In this document: positions 28,813-36,841 of the stretch, piece after piece
Numbering within the stretch: the stretch's first letter is position 1
How the letters are laid out: each line of letters opens with the position of its first letter
IMG/VR virus record: IMGVR_UViG_2846893963_000001
Location: 8,675 to 72,674 of that record
Length of the DNA stretch: 64,000 nt
From: a virus
Lineage: Duplodnaviria; Caudoviricetes
Strand: one strand, 5' to 3'
Made by a program: the position numbers and the translations under genes
The notes under the pieces: model-generated
Told to the model about the DNA's origin: nothing
The model's input: only the letters and a program-made list of their open reading frames with translations
The model's database searches: none

Positions 28813-30452
28813 TGCAGCGCGAGCTTGGCCGTTGCCCGGAGAACGCCCAGGAAACAATCCTTACCCTGCTGATTATAGTAGCGCGTTTCGAGTTCACAAG
28901 AACATTGTTTCCAGCCTTCCAGATCGACTTCATCCAGGCATACCGGAATCGTGACGCTGTATTCCTGACCGGGTGCAAGCTCCCGGTAGTTCAAGGGTCG
29001 CTGGAAGGTCATGGTGCCAATTTCCCTGTTCAGGATGCGCATTTTCCCCTGTTGCGTCCTCAACACCGTCACGAAAAAGAAATCGGACGTTTCGTCGTTG
29101 ATTTCGTCCGGAATCCGGACAGGCTCGTTTCCTTCGTTGCGGAAGCGGACTGTGATTTTGCCTTCCGTGAATTGGGAAGTATCCGCCATGGAGAGGATCA
29201 AGGGCGCCGGTTCCTCCGCAACAGCCATGCTGCGGGTTTCACCTTCTCTGACCGGAGGCATGAAACAGGGAGGCTCGATCGTTCCAGGTTTCGTGATAAA
29301 CCTGGGCACATTGTTCCACCCCATCGCGTCGGCCAGACGAATGACATAGGCGGTTGCCTCGTTCAGGACTTCCTGTCCGGCGCAATAGGGTCTGTCATTG
29401 GCATCATCCGGCAACGCCAGTACATAGTCTGACGTTTCTTTCCAAAGGTCCAATGCCATTTCATTGGCAAGAGCCTGCATGAACTTCACGGCTTCATCCA
29501 TGTTCGGTTCTTTGTCGCAGGAGATAGTCTGCTTTTCAAGCATTTCCTGTATTTTGGAGTCCTTCCAGTAGAACTTGTAGGCATCCTCCCATTGACGGCG
29601 GTGGTGTTCTTCGTGGGCGAGGGAAGCCTGCGGCGTGTGCCATGTTCCAACTTCTGCACGAGATTGATAACCGTTCATTTCGTTGACCGCTTCGGTGGCT
29701 TCTTCTTCATTGAGAGGGGGATCAACATAGGGATTCACGTAAATGCCTTCATACATAGTTAGCTTGGCTCCGGCAGAAACGGAAACAACACGACACCTCC
29801 ATACGTTTTCCGATTCATCTTTGCAAACCGTTACGCAAATCTTAGGTCTCAAGCTACTTACATTGCAGTCACCATTCCCTTCCAAATAGACGGGTTCCGG
29901 TTTCTCAAATTCCAGTTCCACTTCCTTGGATGGCTCACAGGTGATAGTGGATTCCTTTTCAATCGTCCACAATTTGATTTTGGGGGACGACGAGAATTCG
30001 CGCTTCATCGTCGAGTTGCCTTCATACTTCCCTTCCGTAATAGGTTTGGTATCCATGGTAACGTTGAATGCAATGGCATTGTTGCTGACGGGGGTGTAGG
30101 CGTTGTTGGTCCACGACAGGGCCACCTTGTAATAGCCCGCTTTCAGGTACCTGGAATCGGTTTCAATATTCAGCTTGCCGTTGGGTGGTGTCCCATCCTT
30201 TTTTATAGCTTGCTCACCGGCAATCGTCAGGCTGCCTGTGTCGTCGGCTTCCACGCCGAAATAGTACAGGCCGTCTTCCTCGACCTTGATGAACATTTCC
30301 GGCGCTCCGGCGCAAGTGGCGTGTTCACACGCCGAACCGTCAAAGTTGAACGTCATCGCGTCAACTCCGAGCGTCTTGCTGATAAGAGGCTCATTCCCTT
30401 GATAAATGCAGACGGGATTAACTGCCTTGTTGATTGGTATATAATTGTTCAT
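28809..30452 (-). CDS. Multidomain protein: PA14-like N-terminus, HExxH zincin-like middle, Ig-like C-terminus
   Basis: FGVEADDTGSLTIAG...LKAGYYKV; AHEEHH; C-terminal F.N.G..PVR and L.PG motifs; no signal peptide. Confidence 0.7.
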   Translation of the reverse strand: MNNYIPINKAVNPVCIYQGNEPLISKTLGVDAMTFNFDGSACEHATCAGAPEMFIKVEEDGLYYFGVEADDTGSLTIAGEQAIKKDGTPPNGKLNIETDSRYLKAGYYKVALSWTNNAYTPVSNNAIAFNVTMDTKPITEGKYEGNSTMKREFSSSPKIKLWTIEKESTITCEPSKEVELEFEKPEPVYLEGNGDCNVSSLRPKICVTVCKDESENVWRCRVVSVSAGAKLTMYEGIYVNPYVDPPLNEEEATEAVNEMNGYQSRAEVGTWHTPQASLAHEEHHRRQWEDAYKFYWKDSKIQEMLEKQTISCDKEPNMDEAVKFMQALANEMALDLWKETSDYVLALPDDANDRPYCAGQEVLNEATAYVIRLADAMGWNNVPRFITKPGTIEPPCFMPPVREGETRSMAVAEEPAPLILSMADTSQFTEGKITVRFRNEGNEPVRIPDEINDETSDFFFVTVLRTQQGKMRILNREIGTMTFQRPLNYRELAPGQEYSVTIPVCLDEVDLEGWKQCSCELETRYYNQQGKDCFLGVLRATAKLALQ

Positions 30453-30834
30453 TGCTATTGTTGTTGTTTACTTTTTGGAAAGACTGAACCATCAGCCTTC
30501 CGGTATTCTGGCGGCGTTCCCTGAACCCATCAACACGTTTAACGCGTAGTCCCCCCTCATTCGGAACGAAGAGGAACGACCTCCCCTCTAATTTTACGTG
30601 CTGCCGTGAACTTGCAAAAAAACTCCTGGTGCATTTTTATATCCTGATTCACGCCATTTTGGAACAAAGTTGCTCCATATAGATCTGACAACAGGCACGG
30701 GCGGCATTCCGCCGCACAATCATGATGCCTTAAAAAACAAGCATTCTCTCCTTCTCTGTCCGTTCCGCCAAAGAAAAAGGCTGTTTCCAGAGAGTCCTTC
30801 ACTTAAAAACAAAGCATCTTTTCCAAAAACGAGA

Positions 30835-30863
30835 TTGACACCCGCGGTTCTTTTCCCTAGTAT
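30835..30863 (+). promoter_or_regulatory. Sigma70-type promoter of tRNA-Cys
   Basis: TTGACA - 17 bp - TAGTAT, then a GC-rich discriminator CCGCGC. Confidence 0.85.
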
Positions 30864-30880
30864 CCGCGCACAGCATCAGC

Positions 30881-30955
30881 GGCAGGGTAGCCAAGTGGTA
30901 AGGCGACGGTCTGCAAAATCGTTATTCGCGGGTTCGATTCCCGCTCCTGCCTCCA
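30881..30955 (+). tRNA. tRNA-Cys(GCA), probable prophage integration site
   Basis: Full cloverleaf; anticodon GCA at 30913-30915; U73 discriminator; encoded CCA. Confidence 0.96.
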
Positions 30956-31008
30956 TGTTTACTTTCAACATTTTACGCCTTTAGCGTAGTAAAAAATGTA
31001 GTAAACAT
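30955..31008 (+). terminator. Long imperfect hairpin directly after tRNA-Cys
   Basis: ATGTTTACT/AGTAAACAT, ACATTTT/AAAATGT and TACGC/GCGTA nested stems, followed by CTTGTTTTT. Confidence 0.55.
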
Positions 31009-31062
31009 CTTGTTTTTAGTTCCACTTTTGGAGCAAGCCTTGTCTTGGAAGGAGGGTGCATT

Positions 31063-31647
31063 ATGAGTTCCAGCCCCTCTGTTATACACGTTTACGGCGA
31101 TTGGCTGGACTACCTGCTGCACGCCTACGGCGAAACGCAGGAACAATGGAATGCGCCTTTTGATGCCGCTCCCATCCTCCCTGAACTCTCAAAAGAACTC
31201 TATGAATGCGGTTTGAATCATCATCAGCTTGACGTGGTGAAAGAAGAAATAGCGGACGCCCGCCTGCATATCCTTATCGGAATTTTCACTATCATCTTCC
31301 GTAACGGCTACCACCCGCAACGCGTCACCCGGAATGTTTACAAACTCGCCAAACTATACTGCCCGGAATCAGTAAAAAACTTGTCTCATTCCGATCTCGC
31401 TCTGCTAACCAGCGACACAATCAGCGCATCATCCATGCGGGCGCATGCCTGCAACGCTTTCCTGGACTCCTTAACACCCGCCCAAGCTCAAGCTCTTATC
31501 GACAAATACGGTAAAACCGCCCTGCACAAGCTCGCACAAGTTTCCTGGACCAGCCGGAAGGCCCAAAAGAAACGCCGCAGGAAAAAGAAGCAGGACACCC
31601 CCGCCCACCGCACACGCAAACACCCGGAACTCAATCTTGACCTTTGA
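31063..31647 (+). CDS. Phage hypothetical protein with basic C-terminal tail
   Basis: GGAGGG RBS before ATG 31063; ends 2 nt before the primase ATG. Confidence 0.7.
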   Translation: MSSSPSVIHVYGDWLDYLLHAYGETQEQWNAPFDAAPILPELSKELYECGLNHHQLDVVKEEIADARLHILIGIFTIIFRNGYHPQRVTRNVYKLAKLYCPESVKNLSHSDLALLTSDTISASSMRAHACNAFLDSLTPAQAQALIDKYGKTALHKLAQVSWTSRKAQKKRRRKKKQDTPAHRTRKHPELNLDL

Positions 31648-31649
31648 CC

Positions 31650-32858
31650 ATGGACGCCATCACCCGCGCACAAAAACATATTGATACCCTGGAACCGGCT
31701 GTTTCCGGTTCTGGCGGCCATGCGGCAACCTTCCGCGCATGCCGCATCCTTGTAAACGACTACAATCTATCTTTGGATGAAGCCTGGCCTATCCTGTTAT
31801 CATTTAACGCCCGGTGCGAACCGCCTTGGAATGAAAAGGAACTCCGGCGCAAGTTGGAAGACGCGGCGCGCCGCCCCAAGGGTAACTACGGCACCGACAA
31901 ATCCCAGGGACGCAAAAAACCAGAACCGGCTACCTTGCCCCCCTCTAAACGCATAGCCAAGGGACCAGCCAAATACAACCCGCCACCCAAGGCCCCCACA
32001 GGGCCGCCGCCAGTCCCGCAGCTTGATTCTTCAGTCATTGCCACCCTGGCGGAAAAAGGGGCTCCAGTATTATCCCGCTATTTTCTCGCCAACATCTCCG
32101 CCACAGATCCGGCCATAGTTACGCCGGATATATATTTACGCGCCCTGTTTGATACGGCACGCGGCGAAAAAACAATCATTTTTGCCGACCGAAAAACGCA
32201 AGGTCAATGCCTCTGGCCAGATCAGGCCAAACACATTCCCACGGCTGCACCGGAAGGCATTATCTTCCTGGGGCAACCCGTGGACGGATTTTTCCGCGTC
32301 AAGGACGGAAAAAAAAGCCGCCGCTCTTCAGAATGCGTCCTCACCTGGCGTCATGCCTTGCTGGAATCAGATCAAATGGACAACGCAAAACAATGGCTCC
32401 AGGCACTCATTACTTTGCCTCTCCCCATTGTCTCCATCACCTTCTCCGGCTCTCGCTCTCTACATGTACTCTTTCGGCTGGAGGCGGCCACACACGAAGA
32501 ATGGCGCGGCTATGTGGACCAGATAAAGCCCGCCTTAGCCCTCATTGGCGCGGACGTTCAGGCACTCACAAACCATCTTGTCATGCCGCGCCTGCCCGGC
32601 TGCTATCGCACCGTAAACGGCGAGAAAAAGCTTCAGGAACTCCTGTATTTCAACCCGCGCCCCACCTTGCGCCCCCTGCTCTACGCCACTCCGCTCCGCA
32701 ATGTAGAACAGGATTGGACAACCCGCGCCGCGGAAATCGTCGCCCGGCCGGATGAATGGCCGTTGCCCTTGATCCAGCAAGCCGCCGCAGCCTGCACCAC
32801 CTACGGCCTCAATGCTGCCCTCCAATCTCTCACCCCCTTACTCCCTCCCAAAAAATGA
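31650..32858 (+). CDS. Phage primase-like replication protein (PriCT-like N-terminus plus AEP/RepB-like domain)
   Basis: H...FRAC..L......A...L...N.RC.PPW.E.EL helical motif; LLESD; SITFSGSRSLHVLFRL; RLPG. Confidence 0.72.
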   Translation: MDAITRAQKHIDTLEPAVSGSGGHAATFRACRILVNDYNLSLDEAWPILLSFNARCEPPWNEKELRRKLEDAARRPKGNYGTDKSQGRKKPEPATLPPSKRIAKGPAKYNPPPKAPTGPPPVPQLDSSVIATLAEKGAPVLSRYFLANISATDPAIVTPDIYLRALFDTARGEKTIIFADRKTQGQCLWPDQAKHIPTAAPEGIIFLGQPVDGFFRVKDGKKSRRSSECVLTWRHALLESDQMDNAKQWLQALITLPLPIVSITFSGSRSLHVLFRLEAATHEEWRGYVDQIKPALALIGADVQALTNHLVMPRLPGCYRTVNGEKKLQELLYFNPRPTLRPLLYATPLRNVEQDWTTRAAEIVARPDEWPLPLIQQAAAACTTYGLNAALQSLTPLLPPKK

Positions 32859-34585
32859 CTTCCCCCCAAGAACTTATTCTCAAATTACAAAATTTGCTAA
32901 TCAACGCCTCCGGCGCGGATCTTCAGCAATTTCTGGCCGGTCTGGAGCAACCAGGCCCCGCCCCTGCCGGAGACGACCTTACGCCGGACGGCAGAATCAA
33001 AGTTGCCATGCCCTCCAAAAATGGCACGACAACCCCCCAATGGTGCGAACGCGTTGCCATAGCCCTCCAACGCGCCAATGCCCCTATTTATAATCTGGCC
33101 GGCTCTCCTGTGTATATCACAGACGACAGCAAAACCGTGTACCTTAACCCCAACAATTTCATTTCCGCTGCGGAAAAATATATCTGCCCGTGCGCTTTCC
33201 GCTCCAAAGATGATTCAACGCTCGTTTACCAGCCCATGAAGGAACCGCTAGCAAAGCTCACCCTTTCATCCATGGAATTCCTCACGGCCATCCCGGAATT
33301 GATCAAAATCCACGACCAAATCACCCCGGCCATGCTCCCTAATGGCTCCTACCACCTCAACCAACGCGGCTATGATCCGGTAAGTAAGATCTACACCCTG
33401 AAAACCGCCGTGGACTACGACACGGAAATGCCGTTGGAGCAAGCCTTGCTTATCTGGCGCAACTGGCATAAAGAATTCCCCTTTCTGGACTGGTCTTCCT
33501 CTGACCTCCAGGAACGGGCCACATCCGCCACATCCCGCTCATTTGCGGTCCATACCTGCGCCTGCGTCGCCCTGTACGCATCCGCCATGCTCCCCTTGTC
33601 CTCACCTCGACTTGGTTATGTCTATACCTCCAATTCTCAAAGATCCGGCAAATCACTATTGGCAGACCTTGCCACCGGCATCACGTACAACAATAACGCA
33701 AAACATCCATGGTATTATGACGACGAAAAGCTTCAGGGCGTCTTGAACACCATCCTCAACACCCGCGCGCCCTACGTCTATTTTGACAACCTGCGCGGCA
33801 AGCTGCAATCTACTTGTTTAGAATCCTTCATTTCTTCCGTCTCCCAAGACATACGCCCATTTCATACGCAATCTCTTGTTACCAAGCAAAACTGCGCCAC
33901 CGTCTTCATCACCGGAAACTCCCTGGAGTGGAACACAGACCTTGCTTCCCGGCTGCTGATATGCGACTTGAATTTGACAGAATCCAATCCCCAGGACCGG
34001 ACAGTTCAGCGCGTCATTGACCTTGAAACCATTCAGGACTCCGGCAACCGGGCGGAACTTCTGGCCTGCCTGCATGCGTTTGTTCGCAACTGGATAGAGC
34101 AAAAACGGCCCATGCCGGACAAAACAAGAGCAGGGTTTCAACGCACATCATCCATTATTGCGGGCATTGTCTCCCTGCTTGGCATTGGCGATCCGTTCGG
34201 GGAACGTCCTGATGAAATATACGGAGGCGGAGACCAAAACCTTCAGGACATGCGCGACTTGGTGCAAACGGCGGCGGCACGCCTGAAGCCCGGTGAAACA
34301 TACGGAGAAATCAAATGGGACGAAATCATAGAAATCTGCATTGAACGCAACTCATTTGAATCTCTTATTGACGCACGTACGGAATACGTGACGGAAACGG
34401 ACGAAACCGGGCATGAAAGCAAGATACCCCGTTACAAACTCACCCAGGCATCCAACAAACGCTTTTCCTTCCTTCTTAATTCAACCTATGGAGGGAAGAC
34501 ATTCAAACTAAATGACGGCCGCACCGTCAAATGGGATTCCCGCGGAAAGAAGCGCAGTAAAAAATATACGTTCCAAATATCCTGA
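32855..34585 (+). CDS. Phage replication P-loop ATPase / helicase-like protein
   Basis: Walker A-like SQRSGKS, Walker B YVYFDN, ITGN sensor; ATGA overlap with primase. Confidence 0.7.
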   Translation: MTSPQELILKLQNLLINASGADLQQFLAGLEQPGPAPAGDDLTPDGRIKVAMPSKNGTTTPQWCERVAIALQRANAPIYNLAGSPVYITDDSKTVYLNPNNFISAAEKYICPCAFRSKDDSTLVYQPMKEPLAKLTLSSMEFLTAIPELIKIHDQITPAMLPNGSYHLNQRGYDPVSKIYTLKTAVDYDTEMPLEQALLIWRNWHKEFPFLDWSSSDLQERATSATSRSFAVHTCACVALYASAMLPLSSPRLGYVYTSNSQRSGKSLLADLATGITYNNNAKHPWYYDDEKLQGVLNTILNTRAPYVYFDNLRGKLQSTCLESFISSVSQDIRPFHTQSLVTKQNCATVFITGNSLEWNTDLASRLLICDLNLTESNPQDRTVQRVIDLETIQDSGNRAELLACLHAFVRNWIEQKRPMPDKTRAGFQRTSSIIAGIVSLLGIGDPFGERPDEIYGGGDQNLQDMRDLVQTAAARLKPGETYGEIKWDEIIEICIERNSFESLIDARTEYVTETDETGHESKIPRYKLTQASNKRFSFLLNSTYGGKTFKLNDGRTVKWDSRGKKRSKKYTFQIS

Positions 34586-34636
34586 TGATGATAAAAAAGC
34601 GGCCTTATTAGCCGCGCCAGCATGACAACCGCACGC

Positions 34637-34664
34637 TTGACAAATCCGGCAAAAAGAGCATAGT
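34637..34664 (+). promoter_or_regulatory. Promoter of the candidate antitoxin sRNA
   Basis: TTGACA - 16 bp - CATAGT. Confidence 0.6.
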
Positions 34665-34670
34665 AAGGAC

Positions 34671-34746
34671 GTATTGATTGCCGAACATCACATGTTCACC
34701 TTCTAAACAATCGGCCCCGGCTGCTGGAACAGCCGGGGCCTTTTTT
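34671..34746 (+). ncRNA. Candidate type I antitoxin sRNA (about 75 nt)
   Basis: Lies between a promoter and a strong terminator; two blocks are complementary to the RBS/start and early coding region of the convergent peptide mRNA. Confidence 0.6.
34713..34746 (+). terminator. Intrinsic terminator, possibly bidirectional
   Basis: GGCCCCGGCTG-CTGGAA-CAGCCGGGGCC-TTTTTT. Confidence 0.9.
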
Positions 34747-34747
34747 G

Positions 34748-34810
34748 TCAGCTGAACAGAACTATCAAAAGCTCAATCAGCCGTTGTATTGAATGCCAGT
34801 CTATTATCAC
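34748..34810 (-). CDS. 20-aa hydrophobic peptide MIIDWHSIQRLIELLIVLFS, candidate type I toxin
   Basis: Strong SD AGAAAGGAGGT 7 nt before GTG; own promoter TTGCGG-17-TATATT at 34884-34856. Confidence 0.65.
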   Translation of the reverse strand: MIIDWHSIQRLIELLIVLFS

Positions 34811-34928
34811 ATATTACACCTCCTTTCTTAGTTCCGGGACCAACCCGGCACGGCCAATATACAGAAAAACGGAACTTTCCGCAAGATATTTTTATCTGTA
34901 ATTTTTTGACGCTCAAAAGATTACTGTT

Positions 34929-35621
34929 TTACAGCCGGGCGAATTGAAGGTGCATCCAGTCATAATTCCGTTCACGGCCTAGGGAAACGGCCCCATGGGC
35001 TTCCCATATCCGCCACCACTCTTCACACTCCGGGCGGGAAAGCCCGGCATGGGGGGCTTTGCAGGAATAACTGTTCCGCACCGGGTCAAAGTCCAGGGCA
35101 ATCCCCCAGGCGTGCATGCTCTTGCTTTTGCCTCCGGCCGTGCTGCGGTCATTGTAGGATCCGCCATACTGGTCCAGGTGAAGCGCGCGGATCCGGTCCA
35201 GGCCATACGCGGCCAGGACTTCCGCCAGGGCCGCCTGAACGTCCTGGGCGATTGCCTGATGCACGCGGATCGTTTTCACGGGCCGCCCCTCATAATATAA
35301 AGGATAAGGGGGGACAATAGAAACAAGGTTGTTTTCGTCCCCTGGCCGCCCAAAAATGGAAAGACCGGCCCGGACGGTTGCCTGGTCAGGCCAGGACCGG
35401 GGCAGGGCAATGTCCAGGGCGGCGGCAATGCCGCGGGCCGTGGCAGGGCCGGGGATGCCGTCAGGCGTCACGTTCACGGCGGCCTGGACCGCGGACCATA
35501 TTTCATGACAGCGCAATTTCAGAGCTACAGCGGCCAGCGTTTTAGGCCCCGGCATCCCATCCGCCTTCAGCCCCAGGGCGCGCTGAACGGGTTTGAATTC
35601 CTGATATTCTTTGATAATCAT
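34929..35621 (-). CDS. Endolysin, M15-family peptidase with N-terminal peptidoglycan-binding repeats
   Basis: VQRALGL.ADG..GP.T and VTPDGIPGP repeats; R, SMHAWGIALD and DWMHLQ Zn-site motifs. Confidence 0.88.
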   Translation of the reverse strand: MIIKEYQEFKPVQRALGLKADGMPGPKTLAAVALKLRCHEIWSAVQAAVNVTPDGIPGPATARGIAAALDIALPRSWPDQATVRAGLSIFGRPGDENNLVSIVPPYPLYYEGRPVKTIRVHQAIAQDVQAALAEVLAAYGLDRIRALHLDQYGGSYNDRSTAGGKSKSMHAWGIALDFDPVRNSYSCKAPHAGLSRPECEEWWRIWEAHGAVSLGRERNYDWMHLQFARL

Positions 35622-35677
35622 ATAATTATTTAATTGTTAAATAGTTGGAACTGGTAAGAAAAACTTTACAGTTGGAA

Positions 35678-35956
35678 CTAGTCCCTGTTGTCCAGAAATT
35701 CTTCATGCGCCTTGCGGACGAACTCACAGCCGGAACACTTATTTTCCGCATCAATGCGTTTTTTGCGTTCGTCATCATAGAGCCGCTCATAACGTTCCGC
35801 CCGTTTCATTTCCCGCCACAGAAAAATTCCCATGACCGCGGCCACGCTCGCCCCGTTCTGGATGTACTCCAAAAACGGGTTGCCTGACGTGACGGACGCA
35901 ATCACGGACAGGGCATTAGCCCCCAGCAGGCCCGCGTTGACAACAGATCCGGTCAT
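35678..35956 (-). CDS. Putative holin-like membrane protein
   Basis: Hydrophobic N-terminal segments and a charged C-terminal tail; directly upstream of the endolysin. Confidence 0.5.
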   Translation of the reverse strand: MTGSVVNAGLLGANALSVIASVTSGNPFLEYIQNGASVAAVMGIFLWREMKRAERYERLYDDERKKRIDAENKCSGCEFVRKAHEEFLDNRD

Positions 35957-35960
35957 GGCT

Positions 35961-36416
35961 TCACTTTTTCAGGGATTGAACGACGGGCGGAACGTCCGTT
36001 TCCGGCTGGGCCTGGGAATAGGAGATATGCCCCGGCTCCAGCACCAGGCAGGAACCGTCCTTGCATACCACCGTCTTTTTCGGCGTCACGTCCACGGAAT
36101 GGCCGCAGCCCTGGAACAGGGAAAAACCAAGAGCACCAACAGCGGCGTAGGCCAAGCCCAGCAGAACCTTTTTCCACCAAGTGGACGCGCCGGAAGCCTT
36201 GAGGCCGAGATAGGCCCGAACATCTTCCAGCGCATGCTTACCGATGATCGGGAGGGCAGTATTTGCTACGGCAATCCATCCTTGTTGTTCGTTTTCCGTC
36301 AGGTCTGCCCAGTGAGGGATTGGAGTGTTGGACTCATTGTGTGCCTGGGCTGCATAGTACATGTGCATTTCTCTGGCGATAGCCTCGGCATGATTGCATT
36401 GATTATTAGTAGTCAT
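35961..36416 (-). CDS. Phage membrane protein (lysis-associated, possibly spanin or holin)
   Basis: TM segment followed by lipobox-like LFQGC; sits in the lysis cassette. Confidence 0.45.
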   Translation of the reverse strand: MTTNNQCNHAEAIAREMHMYYAAQAHNESNTPIPHWADLTENEQQGWIAVANTALPIIGKHALEDVRAYLGLKASGASTWWKKVLLGLAYAAVGALGFSLFQGCGHSVDVTPKKTVVCKDGSCLVLEPGHISYSQAQPETDVPPVVQSLKK

Positions 36417-36841
36417 ATGATTATGTTGTTATTGGTAGAGGTAGTGAAGTAATTGAAAAACTCCACGGCGGCGGGGTCGGTCAGGATAAAAGCCGGGTAG
36501 TCCGAGACTGTAAAAATCCTGCGGCCTTTGGTCTCCGCATGGACGGCCTCAACGGTCAAAGATACCGCATCAATCATTGTATAGGCACCATCCTCCGCAA
36601 GGGTCAGGACATCTTTTCCCAGCCGGGCCCACACCTGCACCGCCTGCCACGGTTCCGCCAGTCCAACCAGAGCGGCAACGACGGCCTGCATGGCCGGTGC
36701 CTGGTCGGCTGGTATCTCGTCCGCTGTGTAGCGGTCTGTCCGGGTGTAACCGTCCGCGTCCTGATAAATGGGCGTCAGGGTGAATTCCTGCCAGTTGCCG
36801 GGCTGCGGGAACTGAATTTGTATTTCTGCGTCGTTCATCAT
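36413..36841 (-). CDS. Phage hypothetical protein (possible tail fibre assembly)
   Basis: Coupled to the tail fibre stop. Confidence 0.6.
   Translation of the reverse strand: MMNDAEIQIQFPQPGNWQEFTLTPIYQDADGYTRTDRYTADEIPADQAPAMQAVVAALVGLAEPWQAVQVWARLGKDVLTLAEDGAYTMIDAVSLTVEAVHAETKGRRIFTVSDYPAFILTDPAAVEFFNYFTTSTNNNIII

Larger units (their letters stand above)
27372..28826. repeat. Tandem duplication with 719-bp period
   Basis: Anchors recur at a fixed offset: CATTGCAGCGCGAGCTT at 27372/28091/28810; stops at 27554/28273. Ends nearly identical, centre divergent. Confidence 0.92.
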
